Shown here: one piece after another, positions 1-9,026 of the stretch
Numbering within the stretch: position 1 is the stretch's first letter
Layout: the number at the start of each line of letters is the position of its first letter
From: a virus
Taxonomy: Duplodnaviria; Caudoviricetes
Length of the DNA stretch: 26,438 nucleotides
Direction: 5' to 3' (one strand)
Virus record (IMG/VR): IMGVR_UViG_3300030708_002090
Location: 1-26,438 of that record
The notes under the pieces: generated by a model
Told to the model about the DNA's origin: nothing
The model's input: only the letters and a program-made list of their open reading frames with translations
Database searches by the model: none
Program-made: the position numbers and the translations under genes

Positions 1-556
1 AATCAATATCTAAGTAAAGTCTATCTTGCCTTTGATTAAATCTAATTTGTTTCTCCGTGTTTAATGCAAAATCAAGATCTTCCAAATATCTCTTGGTCAT
101 TGCATAACTTAAGATTTCTGTAGATCCTAAACCATAAATGTCGTTCAAGAATAACTGATACTTAACACTAAACATGTTATTTGTTGTAGTGTTAGATCCA
201 TCAAATCTAAAAATCTTATTTACACCAATGACTGCTGGTGGAATTTGAAGATAGTTGCCATTTTCTGTAAAAGAAAAAGAGGTCGTTTCTCCTACAGTAT
301 GAGAGACTGTAGTTGTCGTTATTCCAGTAACTCCCGATGTCCCAGGGCCTTTTCCTCTGTTTATATCATCTTCTGTAATTTTGTAGTGTAAAAATGTTTG
401 AATTACACCATCAAAATGTCTCTCATGAAAATACTGAATAGCATCATCTACCAGATCTTCGATCTGCTCATCTGCAACATTAATCTCTAGAACTGGAGCA
501 CCCAGTTGCCTTTTGCAGTAATTAATGAGGTCTGTTCTACTTGCTGGTTGTGCCAT
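1..556 (-). CDS. gp13: T4-like neck protein gp13, 5' part (runs off the left edge; absent from the ORF track)
   Basis: Manual translation from ATG at 556 gives MAQPASRTDLINYCKRQLGAPVLEINVADEQIEDLVDDAIQYFHERHFDG...; the same frame at the left edge reads ...MFSVKYQLFLNDIYGLGSTEILSYAMTKRYLEDLDFALNTEKQIRFNQRQDRLYLDID. The LGAPVLEINV..EQ..D motif is typical of gp13. Confidence 0.93.
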   Translation of the reverse strand, partial: MAQPASRTDLINYCKRQLGAPVLEINVADEQIEDLVDDAIQYFHERHFDGVIQTFLHYKITEDDINRGKGPGTSGVTGITTTTVSHTVGETTSFSFTENGNYLQIPPAVIGVNKIFRFDGSNTTTNNMFSVKYQLFLNDIYGLGSTEILSYAMTKRYLEDLDFALNTEKQIRFNQRQDRLYLDID

Positions 557-578
557 TTATTCACAAGTTTCCTAAGTC

Positions 579-585
579 TATTTAG
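579..585 (-). promoter_or_regulatory. Putative T4-type late promoter (CTAAATA) for gp13
   Basis: Minus strand reads CTAAATA, overlapping the stop of the 129-aa ORF and ending 22 nt upstream of the gp13 ATG; it resembles the T4 gp55 late consensus TATAAATA. Confidence 0.7.
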
Positions 586-971
586 GGAGCTGCTGCTACC
601 GGAGGTATGACTAAAACGTTCCCTCTGACAAGGGAATACGTGGTTGATGCTGAACTTACAATCAAAACATCATATACATATCTACCTTCATTCAAAGATC
701 TCGTCACTCCAGAACTTAATGATATTTTTAATTTACCATCAGTTGCACTTGTAAATCCAACTGTAAATGCTGTTGTTATTCCAAGAGTAGCACCTATAGC
801 TACACTCTTAGACATAGCAGCAGATCCAGAATATCCGCTTAAATCAAATGCTGAATTATTAGTTCCTACAACTTCAAAGTTTCCCTCAAAGTTTGCTCCA
901 CCAAGAATATTAAAATTTGCTTCTGGTGACGAACTAGCGTCAGGATCAAAAGTTATCTTCTTAGTTGCCAT
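582..971 (-). CDS. Small virion structural protein, probable Ig-like/BppU-N-like beta-sandwich (129 aa)
   Basis: Motifs FDLSGYSGSAAM, GKLKISLS..VT..L.EGRYVYDVLI and LVRGNVLV.P match a small beta-rich protein family common in cyanomyophage structural regions; same strand as neighbours; 11-nt overlap with the upstream ORF. Confidence 0.75.
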   Translation of the reverse strand: MATKKITFDPDASSSPEANFNILGGANFEGNFEVVGTNNSAFDLSGYSGSAAMSKSVAIGATLGITTAFTVGFTSATDGKLKISLSSGVTRSLNEGRYVYDVLIVSSASTTYSLVRGNVLVIPPVAAAP

Positions 972-1143
972 CTGGGATACCTATTACTGCCATAGTTTCT
1001 TGCTGTTTATAATATAACTTGATGAAAGATTTGGCGACATTTCTAAGTTCTTCACGATCATCACAATTATCTATCTCGGATGCAAGTTTCTGATATGCAA
1101 AACTTTTTGATAGATTTTTGAGTTCAATAGTATCAGGATCCAT
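961..1143 (-). CDS. 60-aa helical protein, candidate NblA-like (phycobilisome degradation adaptor) fold
   Basis: The ORF overlaps both neighbours by 11 nt, which supports it being real. IELKNLSKSFAYQKLASEIDNCDDREELRNVAKSFIKLYYKQQE fits the size and helix-loop-helix hydrophobic pattern of NblA. The function is inferred by eye only. Confidence 0.5.
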   Translation of the reverse strand: MDPDTIELKNLSKSFAYQKLASEIDNCDDREELRNVAKSFIKLYYKQQETMAVIGIPDGN

Positions 1144-1354
1144 TTGCTAAACTCCTTAAAAGTAGTTTGATTTCATCTAAGTCATCCTTCATACTAGCAA
1201 GATCACTTTCAAGTTGTTGTATCTTTTGTTTCTCTTCACCCTGAGTGTTACGTCGGGAAATATATTCATTATATTGTGACTTGCTAGTATTGATGATGCA
1301 GTTTGTTTTTGAATCTCTAACTAGGTGGGTTTGGCCCTCAACTTTATGTTTCAT
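1133..1354 (-). CDS. Hypothetical phage protein with C-terminal coiled coil (73 aa)
   Basis: N-terminal KVEG..HLVRD.KT..IIN motif and heptad pattern KIQQLESDLASMKDDLDEIKLLL; starts 1 nt after the stop of the VrlC-like gene. Confidence 0.8.
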   Translation of the reverse strand: MKHKVEGQTHLVRDSKTNCIINTSKSQYNEYISRRNTQGEEKQKIQQLESDLASMKDDLDEIKLLLRSLANGS

Positions 1355-1355
1355 A

Positions 1356-4300
1356 TTATGCAGTGGTGATCACTCTCAGGTCTCTCATTCTAGGTGGATA
1401 AGTTTGATTAGAACTTGTCAGCAGAATTTTAACTCTGAATGATTTGAATGATGGAAGATCATTAGCAGTGAAAGTATATTCTCTGAACTCAAGATCTTGT
1501 GATTCAAAACCAGAGACATCAGAAACTGTGTTATATGTATCTGATTTACCACTACTCTTATCAAGAGCAATAATTTCTCCCCTTTCATTTAAGTTGTCAT
1601 AACCTGGGAAAGGAACAAACACTGGTTCAAAGTTAGAACTTTCGCTGATTGCATAGAAGACTCTAATGTCAGCATAGTCGTTAATGTGAGAATCGACGAT
1701 AACCTTGATTGAAGTCGCTGGATTTTCTAAAGTATTTTCTTTAGAAATATACTGACATGCTGTTGGATCATCATTCAAACTATTTACTCTATTATCAGTG
1801 AGATAGTTAGAGATTGGCGCATTAACTCTGTTAGAAGTGAGAATAGCACTCATTCTTTGAGAATCAATAACAGGAGACAGAGCATCGTCATCAGTGCTCA
1901 AGTTGAGACTAATTCTAAGTGATCTGTTGCCTGGGAGAGCATCAATAGTTGAATTATTATTCTCATTTACACGAGATGCAATAATTCTTGGAGAGTTGAG
2001 ATAGTTGCTATTATTTAAAGCAATTCCCTCAGTTTCCTGAACAATGAATGGCAAATCAGTTCCAGTTCCAGAACCATCATTGATGCTAGTTCCAGAAATA
2101 GTTGTCATTTCAGCACTCAGAGAGGTTCCTGGTAAAGTCAGGTTTTGAATCTGAGGAGTGATGATCTCAAAAGGCATGTTTTGTGTGGCCTTGACGTTAG
2201 AGCCACCAGTTGATTTTGTCTGGTTGAAGTGGAGAATTGGGAAACTTTCCCCAGTTGATCTACCAACACCATTGATACCCATGTCAACTTTTACATTATA
2301 AGAATCAAGAGTCAAAGGATTAGACACAGTGACATTATCCAGTTCATGAGTGGTGTTTATTCTTCTTAGAGAAACGCCACCCAACTCATACTTATAAACC
2401 AACGTTCCAGCAGGATAATCTCTAGACAGTGTGCTATCAACTTGTCTTGTTATTCCACCAATTGTATTACCTGAAGTTTCTGTGTAAGAAATAATCTCAT
2501 CACCAATCAACAGATAACCAGCATTGGTTGTTCCAACACCAACATTTTCAAATGTTCCAAATTCCGATTCGTCGGATACTGAGATATCAGCCGTAGAACT
2601 AGAATTATATGCTACAGAGAGTTTTGTTGGTTTAATGTCAGAGAGAACATCGGAAATAATAACTCTATTTTGTTCATGGTGCATACCATGATTCTTATGA
2701 TCAACCACAATGTGATGACCATCAGTTACAGTATCAACAGAAGAAATCAATACATTTGCACCAGTTCCGTTTAGAGTTGTTCCAACTCCAACGCTATTGG
2801 TAAACATGACAGTGTTACCAACACCAGTTAAAAAGTCTCCCTGAACGTTATCAAGAATCAACTGATTAGTTGAACCAAGAGATACAACGGAGAATTGTGC
2901 ATTCAAACCCGTATTAAGATTGCCAATTCCATTTGGAAGAGTGAGAACATCGCCAACTGTATAACCAGATCCACCAGCATTAACAGTTGCCGCAACAGCA
3001 ACACCATTTGCAACGTGAATGTTTGCAGTGAGATCAGCACCAGTTCCAGTGATACTGCTCAGAGCAACGCCAATGTAACCAAGACTTCCGCTAGTTGGTG
3101 TAAGTCCAATACCTTGATTGACAACACTCAGGTCTCCTGTTGCAGATCCGGCACTACCAACAAAATTACCAGTTGCATTAGAGGAACCAGCCTGAAAAAC
3201 AGTGTTTCCAAGTTCTAATTGGTTACCAGTAAACAGAAGCCCTGTATTCAATCCAACTCTAATTCTCTTAGAACTAATATTGATTGGATCAGGCATCAGT
3301 GTTGGAACTTGTCCGTTTCCTTCTGCAAGAATAGGACTATAAAGTTCCATGGTGCCAGAAGAATCAAATCTTGCTCTGTTGAGGACAAACTTGAGATCCT
3401 CCCACTGACTTGGTTCCCATGTAGAAGCATTTTGCGACTTGAAGAATGAACCAAGGAATGGTTGAGTAGAAACAAACTCATCACTCAGTAAATCATTCTC
3501 ACCAACTCTGGAGATGAAGACCTTGTACTTAGTAGATGCTGAAACTAAGCACATTGCATATTCAGTTTGCTCCTCAACGTAGACTGGAGCATCAAATGTA
3601 ATCCTAGTAGCCACACTACCATCAGTTGATGTGGTGATTTGTGCAGGGGTTACAGTTACTTCAGAGAAAGGTAAGATCTTCTGAGTTGGTATTCCATTTT
3701 CCATCGTTCTAAGTTGGAAAATAACAGGAATATCATTAGGATCCTTATCTGAGAAGTAAATGTCCACACTTGTAAGGAATACTCCCGTATCTCCAAACAC
3801 TAAGAAGGATTGTGCGATTGGATCCCATCCTCTTCTTCTACGTCTACGTCTTCTTCTACGACGTGGTGGAGGTGGTGGTGGAATAAATCTACTTCCAGTT
3901 TCAGTTGTTGTGGTTGTAACATCGGTGACAACAGTGCCCGCATCATCTGTTCCAGTAAATTCTCTACGATTTACCTGTTCTCTTTCAGCAACAACTTCAA
4001 CTCTAGCATTTCTTACAGAAACAATAGTCTCTTGGACTGTTTCGAGAGTTCCACTTGCTACATAATTTTCTGATGCAAGCGTTTGAGCAGTGTCGGTATT
4101 ATTAGTTGAACTATCAGTTAAGGTAAACGTCTTTGTTCCAGTAGCAAATTTAGGATTTGTATTACGATTTGGATTTGGAATAAAGAAACTTCCAATAACA
4201 TCAGAACTTAAATCACTTACAAGCCTCTTATTAACAATCTTTGCCTGAGCTCCAGAGGTTCTACCTCTCAAAACCATTCCTGTTTCAACATATCCGAAGA

Positions 4301-7300
4301 AATCTCCAGATGGTTGCTCTGCCAAAGAAAGAGTATCAACATTGATAATACTACTTGTAGACGAATAATTTGCTGGTAAGTTTACAGCATTTCCACCATC
4401 AAATAACTCAAATTCACCACTTTCAGATTCACCAGAAGCTGCACCAATAGTAGAAGTATATGGATTACTTGCATATGTTCTTGTTGGTGCGTTGTGTGGA
4501 CCTTCTTTATGATTTGCTTGTGCAGTTCTAAATGTAATTAATCTAGAATTTCCAACGGTCCCTTCAACAGTTTCTCCCACTTGGAAAGTACCAGAAACCA
4601 TTTCAATCTCAAGAAGTTTGGGAACAACAAATTTAGCAACACTTCTATTGTCAAAGAAAGGATAAACTTGTGTAAGTGGTTTAAATCCTCTTCCAACAAA
4701 TTCAATATTTCTAGAACGCATGAACGAGATGACATCTCTGCTGATGGTTCTATCGCCAAGACTAGAGGTGTCTAGTTGTGGAGTAATAAGTTGTCTTCTA
4801 CCATTTCTAAAGTCAAATCCAGTTCTAAAATTATCAATAAAAGTATCTTGGAATGTTGTGTTTGTTGTTGTCTCAAAATCTCTTACTCTGGTTCCACCTC
4901 CTTCGCCAGTTCTTGTTTGGAAATTGGTTCTACCAGTAACCTCTGTTCTGGTTCTTCTTCTAGTAACAGAATCAGTTCCAGTCCATCTTGTCTGCCACGA
5001 ATTCCAAAGAATTGGTGTTAATCCTGTTTGTGGATCAAACCCGCCAAACTCTCTTGTCGCTGTTTGTACAGCCTGAGCATAGTTACCTTCAACATCAATA
5101 ACTTTTGCTTGGAGTCTAGCAGTGTCAGTCCAAGTGTCTGATGCTGGGGTAAGTTTGATATTTGCTCTCCAGAAACTTAATAAGAATGGAGTTACAAATT
5201 CAGTTCTGGTTGCGAATGGTTGTTTTTCATATTCAATTTCTTCATAATTAAGAGTAATGATATCACCAGTTCTTCTAATATTAGTTCCTTCAGGTTGAGC
5301 AAATCTTACTCCCACTGGAGGCGGTGTTTCAACCGGACCAGGAACTAAATCAACAGCATTTGTGTAGTGGGTTGCTCTACATTCTTTATTTGTTTGGTCA
5401 ATACTGTTTTTGATTTTAATATCATCTTCCTGAGTTTGGAAAGACGTAAAATTATCTACAAAGAATCCTGATTTGAATCTATTGAGACCAGCATTATCGG
5501 GAATAAACAAATTAGCAGTCTCAGTCTCAAGCATTGAGAGAGACGTGTAATACTCAAGATTCCTAATTCTATCTTCAAGTTTACCAATATCTCTCATGGT
5601 AAATCTCTTATGATCTAAGAAAGATATTGAGGCATCCTCTATTCTATAGAGATATGGTGGTAACTCAATAGTTGCAATTTCAAGAGCATTATTGATTGGG
5701 TCTGGTTTCTCTGGATCTTCTGCTGGAAGGCCGGTTACAAGTCTAAATCCACCACCCTGATCAACATATAATCTATCAATTCTTCCACCATAGAAAGAAT
5801 AATTTGTAACAATGGATTCGTCAGATGCTAAAATATTTGTGGCTGAGTTTCCTGATGTAGTAAAACTTCTACCTAAGAATTCCAGAGGTGATCTAGTTGA
5901 TTCTGCAGTGGTATAATTTGAAACCTTAGGTCTAATATCAATAATATCAGTGTTTCTATTGCCATTAATGGTTTGAATATCTCTACCATAATCAAAAGTA
6001 TCATATGAATTTTTAGTGGTGATATCACCATCATCAGATGATTCATAATAACCACTTTCAAAGTAGATTTTTAATCTCTTGCTTGGTTCTTTTACATTTG
6101 GTTTTCTTGTTATGAATCCATGGCCATAGAACGTTGCCTTTTGACCAGTATTAAAAGTATAATTTGCAGATACATCTTTGCTTGGATCATCTAATGTGGT
6201 GATAACTGCTTGTAAGTTTGATTCTGCGAATTTAACAGATTCTCCCTCTCTAAAGACATCATCAGTCTGATAGAGAATAGTGATTCTAGTATCAGTTTCT
6301 CTCTCAGCAACTATTGCAACTGCACCAGAATCCGTTCCAGTAATTCTCTCTCCAATGATTAAATCAGACGTTTTTCCAGCAACAGAAGAAATAGACGTTA
6401 ATGTCATTCTTGGTGCTGTTGGATCAGAGGTGTCAAAAGATTCAAAGATACCCAATACATCAAGAACGTCTCCGCTGTTGATTGAAATCTTTTCATCTTG
6501 TACCCTGGTTCCAAATGGGAAGGTTCCAAAAGATAATCCATCATTTAAAGTTGTAGCACCAATACCAGATCCGTTTAACTTAGATGAATTAATAATAACA
6601 GTGTTTACTCTATTCTTTCTCTTAATTTTTGCTTTTGGTTTCAGTTTCTTAATCGTAGTGATTAATTTTGCCTCCATATTGGCAGACAAATCGGTTCCAA
6701 TATTATTAATCTGAAGAACGGTATTGCCACTGGTAAATGCCATCTTATCAGATGTAAGAACTTCAATTGTTCCATCATTTCTGACAAGAGAATATCTTTC
6801 CTCATCAAATGCTAAAAAGGTTTCATTATCTCCAGTTGTGACAGCAGAATTGAGTTGATCATCTGTAGTGATGATAACATCAAACGATTTTCTAATGATC
6901 AGTTGAGCATCTGAAAGATCAACATCAGAGATGTTTCTCTTAGGCATCTCAGTGTATAATCTATTATTTCGAGAATCTGCTAATGGAGTTGCAACAATTT
7001 TAAAGTCATTAACGTTTTGAAGATTACCTGCCCCTACAGCAGGGATAGTACCATCAGCAGTTCCTGGAAGCGTGGTAACGCCAGTTATATCAATACTAGA
7101 CGATCCGACACTAACAACCCTTGCCGTGGTCGTTGTAGAGGCAGCTCCGGCAGTATTAGTGAATTGAACCAGACTATTAATTTTTAAAATACCTGGGAAG
7201 TTTGGATTTGTGCTGGTAACCGAGCTAATACCTGTTGTTGCATCTCTTCCAGCAATTCTAGCAGGACCAATTTCGACAACAACTTTTTGAATTGTATCGG

Positions 7301-9020
7301 CATTAAAAGTTTGACCAATACCAGTAGCACCTGGACCTACAGATACTTGAGGACCACCATAAACAGATTTTACATCAGACATTCCGTGTGATGTTACTGC
7401 AACAGCAACTCTTGAATTTTCAATACCATTGAAAATAAATGGTTCGTTTACCAAGAAGTCTCCAGTTTTTTCATATACAGATATGGATGTGCTATTAGAA
7501 ACATCACTTCTTAAGAAAGCAGTCGCTCCACTATATTTTCCTTTTACAAATGTTGGAACAGAAAGTGTAGTTGACTCGTTAAGAGTAATATTTGTTTGGA
7601 ACTGAACATCAAAAAGAGACAAATCCCATTGATTGACATTTCCGTTTTGAGCATCATATGATCCAGACTCAAGAGCAAAGTCATATATTCTTGCAAGACC
7701 AATTTCTTGCCCATCAGCTGTATCTCTTGAAGAGTCAACTCTTCGATCTCTCAAACTTACAATATAAGTATTGCCTACACCAATCTGAGGAGATCCATGA
7801 ACACCATTAACACGAACGGTTACACCAGTATTGTAGTTTACTGCCTGATTAGTTAACTTGGCAGTAGACCTTGGTTTTGGAAATTCTACCAGGGTGTCAG
7901 AAATAGTTTCTACATCATATCCTTTTACAAATGCTCTACCAGGTGAAATAGAGTATAAACCGATGTCATCACTTACTACAGATCCATCAGGAGTTCTCTG
8001 ACCTTCCTCATAGATACCACCATTTCCAATACCGTTGTTTAAAGCCTCTACTGTATTAACATCAAAAGGAACTACAGTATAGTCTCCAGATTCTGCAAAT
8101 GTTCTTTTTGCAAGTTCATCACCAATTAAATTGTATTGTGATGTATTTCTATTATAATCAGTTTTTAGAACACCATCTTGTACCTTTACTAACTCAACAA
8201 AATTTGCATCGTTTAAATCGTCTAAATCTTTTGCAAATAATGAGCAGGTAATTTTTAGTCTGTCTGCTCCAGGAGCTGCATAATTATTAAAACCCTTTGA
8301 GTTATCAGTTAAAGATTCATCCTCATCGGAGTTTACAGTTTCTTCTAAAACTCTAAAACCAATTCTTAATGAAGGTGTGTTTGAATATTGACTTAAGATT
8401 AACGTTTGAGCATTTACGTTTGCAAAGGTGCCTCTTATAAAATAAACACCATTATCTACTGAGAATGCACATCCAACAGAAGTTGCATTTTCAGAAACTG
8501 CAGATGCAATCGATTCTCCTGCAGGTATAAAGATATTATTTTCAGGACCAGAAACTATATCAGAATCTGATGCTAAAAGTTCTCCATCAGAAAATACAGT
8601 CTGAACATTATCAACACCCGTTGATAGATATGAAACATATACCGTAGGATTTCCTCTTTCACTCTCATCTGCAGTTATAAAGTTTACAACCTCTGCAGTA
8701 ACCCCAGAACTAAGACCAATTATTTTTTTCCCGATCAACTGAGAAAGATATGCTTCGATTGGAACTCCCAAATGAGTGTCATTCAACTCAAGGGCATAGT
8801 ATCCAGTATCAAAGGTTGTGTTTCCAGGAATAACTTTAGCACCCTCCTTAAACATGTGGGTGCCAAACTTTTCAATCTGGTTTTGAAGTATGGACTGTAA
8901 ACCAGTTAACTCCCTCGCTTGAACAGGATAACCTGGCTTAAAAAGAACCTTGTAATAATCATTTGACGAATCAAAATCGTCAAAATATGGAGATACATTG
9001 AGGTTGGTTTGTTGGGCCAT
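1356..9020 (-). CDS. VrlC-like / DUF4815-domain large virion structural protein (2554 aa)
   Basis: N-terminus TNLNVSPYFDDFD..YYKVLFKPGYPVQARELTGLQSILQNQIEKFG, plus APGADRLKI, RTFAESGDY, RFTMRDIGKLEDRIRNLEYYTSLSMLE, DPIAQSF and FFKSQNASTW..QWEDLKF motifs; lies directly after gp8 as in cyanomyophages. Confidence 0.9.
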   Translation of the reverse strand: MAQQTNLNVSPYFDDFDSSNDYYKVLFKPGYPVQARELTGLQSILQNQIEKFGTHMFKEGAKVIPGNTTFDTGYYALELNDTHLGVPIEAYLSQLIGKKIIGLSSGVTAEVVNFITADESERGNPTVYVSYLSTGVDNVQTVFSDGELLASDSDIVSGPENNIFIPAGESIASAVSENATSVGCAFSVDNGVYFIRGTFANVNAQTLILSQYSNTPSLRIGFRVLEETVNSDEDESLTDNSKGFNNYAAPGADRLKITCSLFAKDLDDLNDANFVELVKVQDGVLKTDYNRNTSQYNLIGDELAKRTFAESGDYTVVPFDVNTVEALNNGIGNGGIYEEGQRTPDGSVVSDDIGLYSISPGRAFVKGYDVETISDTLVEFPKPRSTAKLTNQAVNYNTGVTVRVNGVHGSPQIGVGNTYIVSLRDRRVDSSRDTADGQEIGLARIYDFALESGSYDAQNGNVNQWDLSLFDVQFQTNITLNESTTLSVPTFVKGKYSGATAFLRSDVSNSTSISVYEKTGDFLVNEPFIFNGIENSRVAVAVTSHGMSDVKSVYGGPQVSVGPGATGIGQTFNADTIQKVVVEIGPARIAGRDATTGISSVTSTNPNFPGILKINSLVQFTNTAGAASTTTTARVVSVGSSSIDITGVTTLPGTADGTIPAVGAGNLQNVNDFKIVATPLADSRNNRLYTEMPKRNISDVDLSDAQLIIRKSFDVIITTDDQLNSAVTTGDNETFLAFDEERYSLVRNDGTIEVLTSDKMAFTSGNTVLQINNIGTDLSANMEAKLITTIKKLKPKAKIKRKNRVNTVIINSSKLNGSGIGATTLNDGLSFGTFPFGTRVQDEKISINSGDVLDVLGIFESFDTSDPTAPRMTLTSISSVAGKTSDLIIGERITGTDSGAVAIVAERETDTRITILYQTDDVFREGESVKFAESNLQAVITTLDDPSKDVSANYTFNTGQKATFYGHGFITRKPNVKEPSKRLKIYFESGYYESSDDGDITTKNSYDTFDYGRDIQTINGNRNTDIIDIRPKVSNYTTAESTRSPLEFLGRSFTTSGNSATNILASDESIVTNYSFYGGRIDRLYVDQGGGFRLVTGLPAEDPEKPDPINNALEIATIELPPYLYRIEDASISFLDHKRFTMRDIGKLEDRIRNLEYYTSLSMLETETANLFIPDNAGLNRFKSGFFVDNFTSFQTQEDDIKIKNSIDQTNKECRATHYTNAVDLVPGPVETPPPVGVRFAQPEGTNIRRTGDIITLNYEEIEYEKQPFATRTEFVTPFLLSFWRANIKLTPASDTWTDTARLQAKVIDVEGNYAQAVQTATREFGGFDPQTGLTPILWNSWQTRWTGTDSVTRRRTRTEVTGRTNFQTRTGEGGGTRVRDFETTTNTTFQDTFIDNFRTGFDFRNGRRQLITPQLDTSSLGDRTISRDVISFMRSRNIEFVGRGFKPLTQVYPFFDNRSVAKFVVPKLLEIEMVSGTFQVGETVEGTVGNSRLITFRTAQANHKEGPHNAPTRTYASNPYTSTIGAASGESESGEFELFDGGNAVNLPANYSSTSSIINVDTLSLAEQPSGDFFGYVETGMVLRGRTSGAQAKIVNKRLVSDLSSDVIGSFFIPNPNRNTNPKFATGTKTFTLTDSSTNNTDTAQTLASENYVASGTLETVQETIVSVRNARVEVVAEREQVNRREFTGTDDAGTVVTDVTTTTTETGSRFIPPPPPPRRRRRRRRRRRGWDPIAQSFLVFGDTGVFLTSVDIYFSDKDPNDIPVIFQLRTMENGIPTQKILPFSEVTVTPAQITTSTDGSVATRITFDAPVYVEEQTEYAMCLVSASTKYKVFISRVGENDLLSDEFVSTQPFLGSFFKSQNASTWEPSQWEDLKFVLNRARFDSSGTMELYSPILAEGNGQVPTLMPDPINISSKRIRVGLNTGLLFTGNQLELGNTVFQAGSSNATGNFVGSAGSATGDLSVVNQGIGLTPTSGSLGYIGVALSSITGTGADLTANIHVANGVAVAATVNAGGSGYTVGDVLTLPNGIGNLNTGLNAQFSVVSLGSTNQLILDNVQGDFLTGVGNTVMFTNSVGVGTTLNGTGANVLISSVDTVTDGHHIVVDHKNHGMHHEQNRVIISDVLSDIKPTKLSVAYNSSSTADISVSDESEFGTFENVGVGTTNAGYLLIGDEIISYTETSGNTIGGITRQVDSTLSRDYPAGTLVYKYELGGVSLRRINTTHELDNVTVSNPLTLDSYNVKVDMGINGVGRSTGESFPILHFNQTKSTGGSNVKATQNMPFEIITPQIQNLTLPGTSLSAEMTTISGTSINDGSGTGTDLPFIVQETEGIALNNSNYLNSPRIIASRVNENNNSTIDALPGNRSLRISLNLSTDDDALSPVIDSQRMSAILTSNRVNAPISNYLTDNRVNSLNDDPTACQYISKENTLENPATSIKVIVDSHINDYADIRVFYAISESSNFEPVFVPFPGYDNLNERGEIIALDKSSGKSDTYNTVSDVSGFESQDLEFREYTFTANDLPSFKSFRVKILLTSSNQTYPPRMRDLRVITTA
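3831..3881 (-). repeat. Low-complexity Pro6-Arg11 coding tract
   Basis: Minus strand reads CCA CCA CCA CCT CCA CCA CGT CGT AGA AGA AGA CGT AGA CGT AGA AGA AGA, in frame within the 2554-aa ORF. Confidence 0.95.
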
Positions 9021-9026
9021 GGTTTA

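Noticed and set aside
607-1017. 136-aa plus-strand ORF
   Set aside because: Antisense shadow of the 129-aa gene, with no recognisable motif; all credible genes here are on the minus strand.
8718-8735. GGGAAAAAAA run as a possible programmed frameshift site (also A-runs near 21460 and 22545)
   Set aside because: The runs checked (near 8725 and 22545) are not phased as X XXY YYZ in the coding frame. The ORFs are intact, and A-runs are expected from Lys codons in AT-rich DNA.
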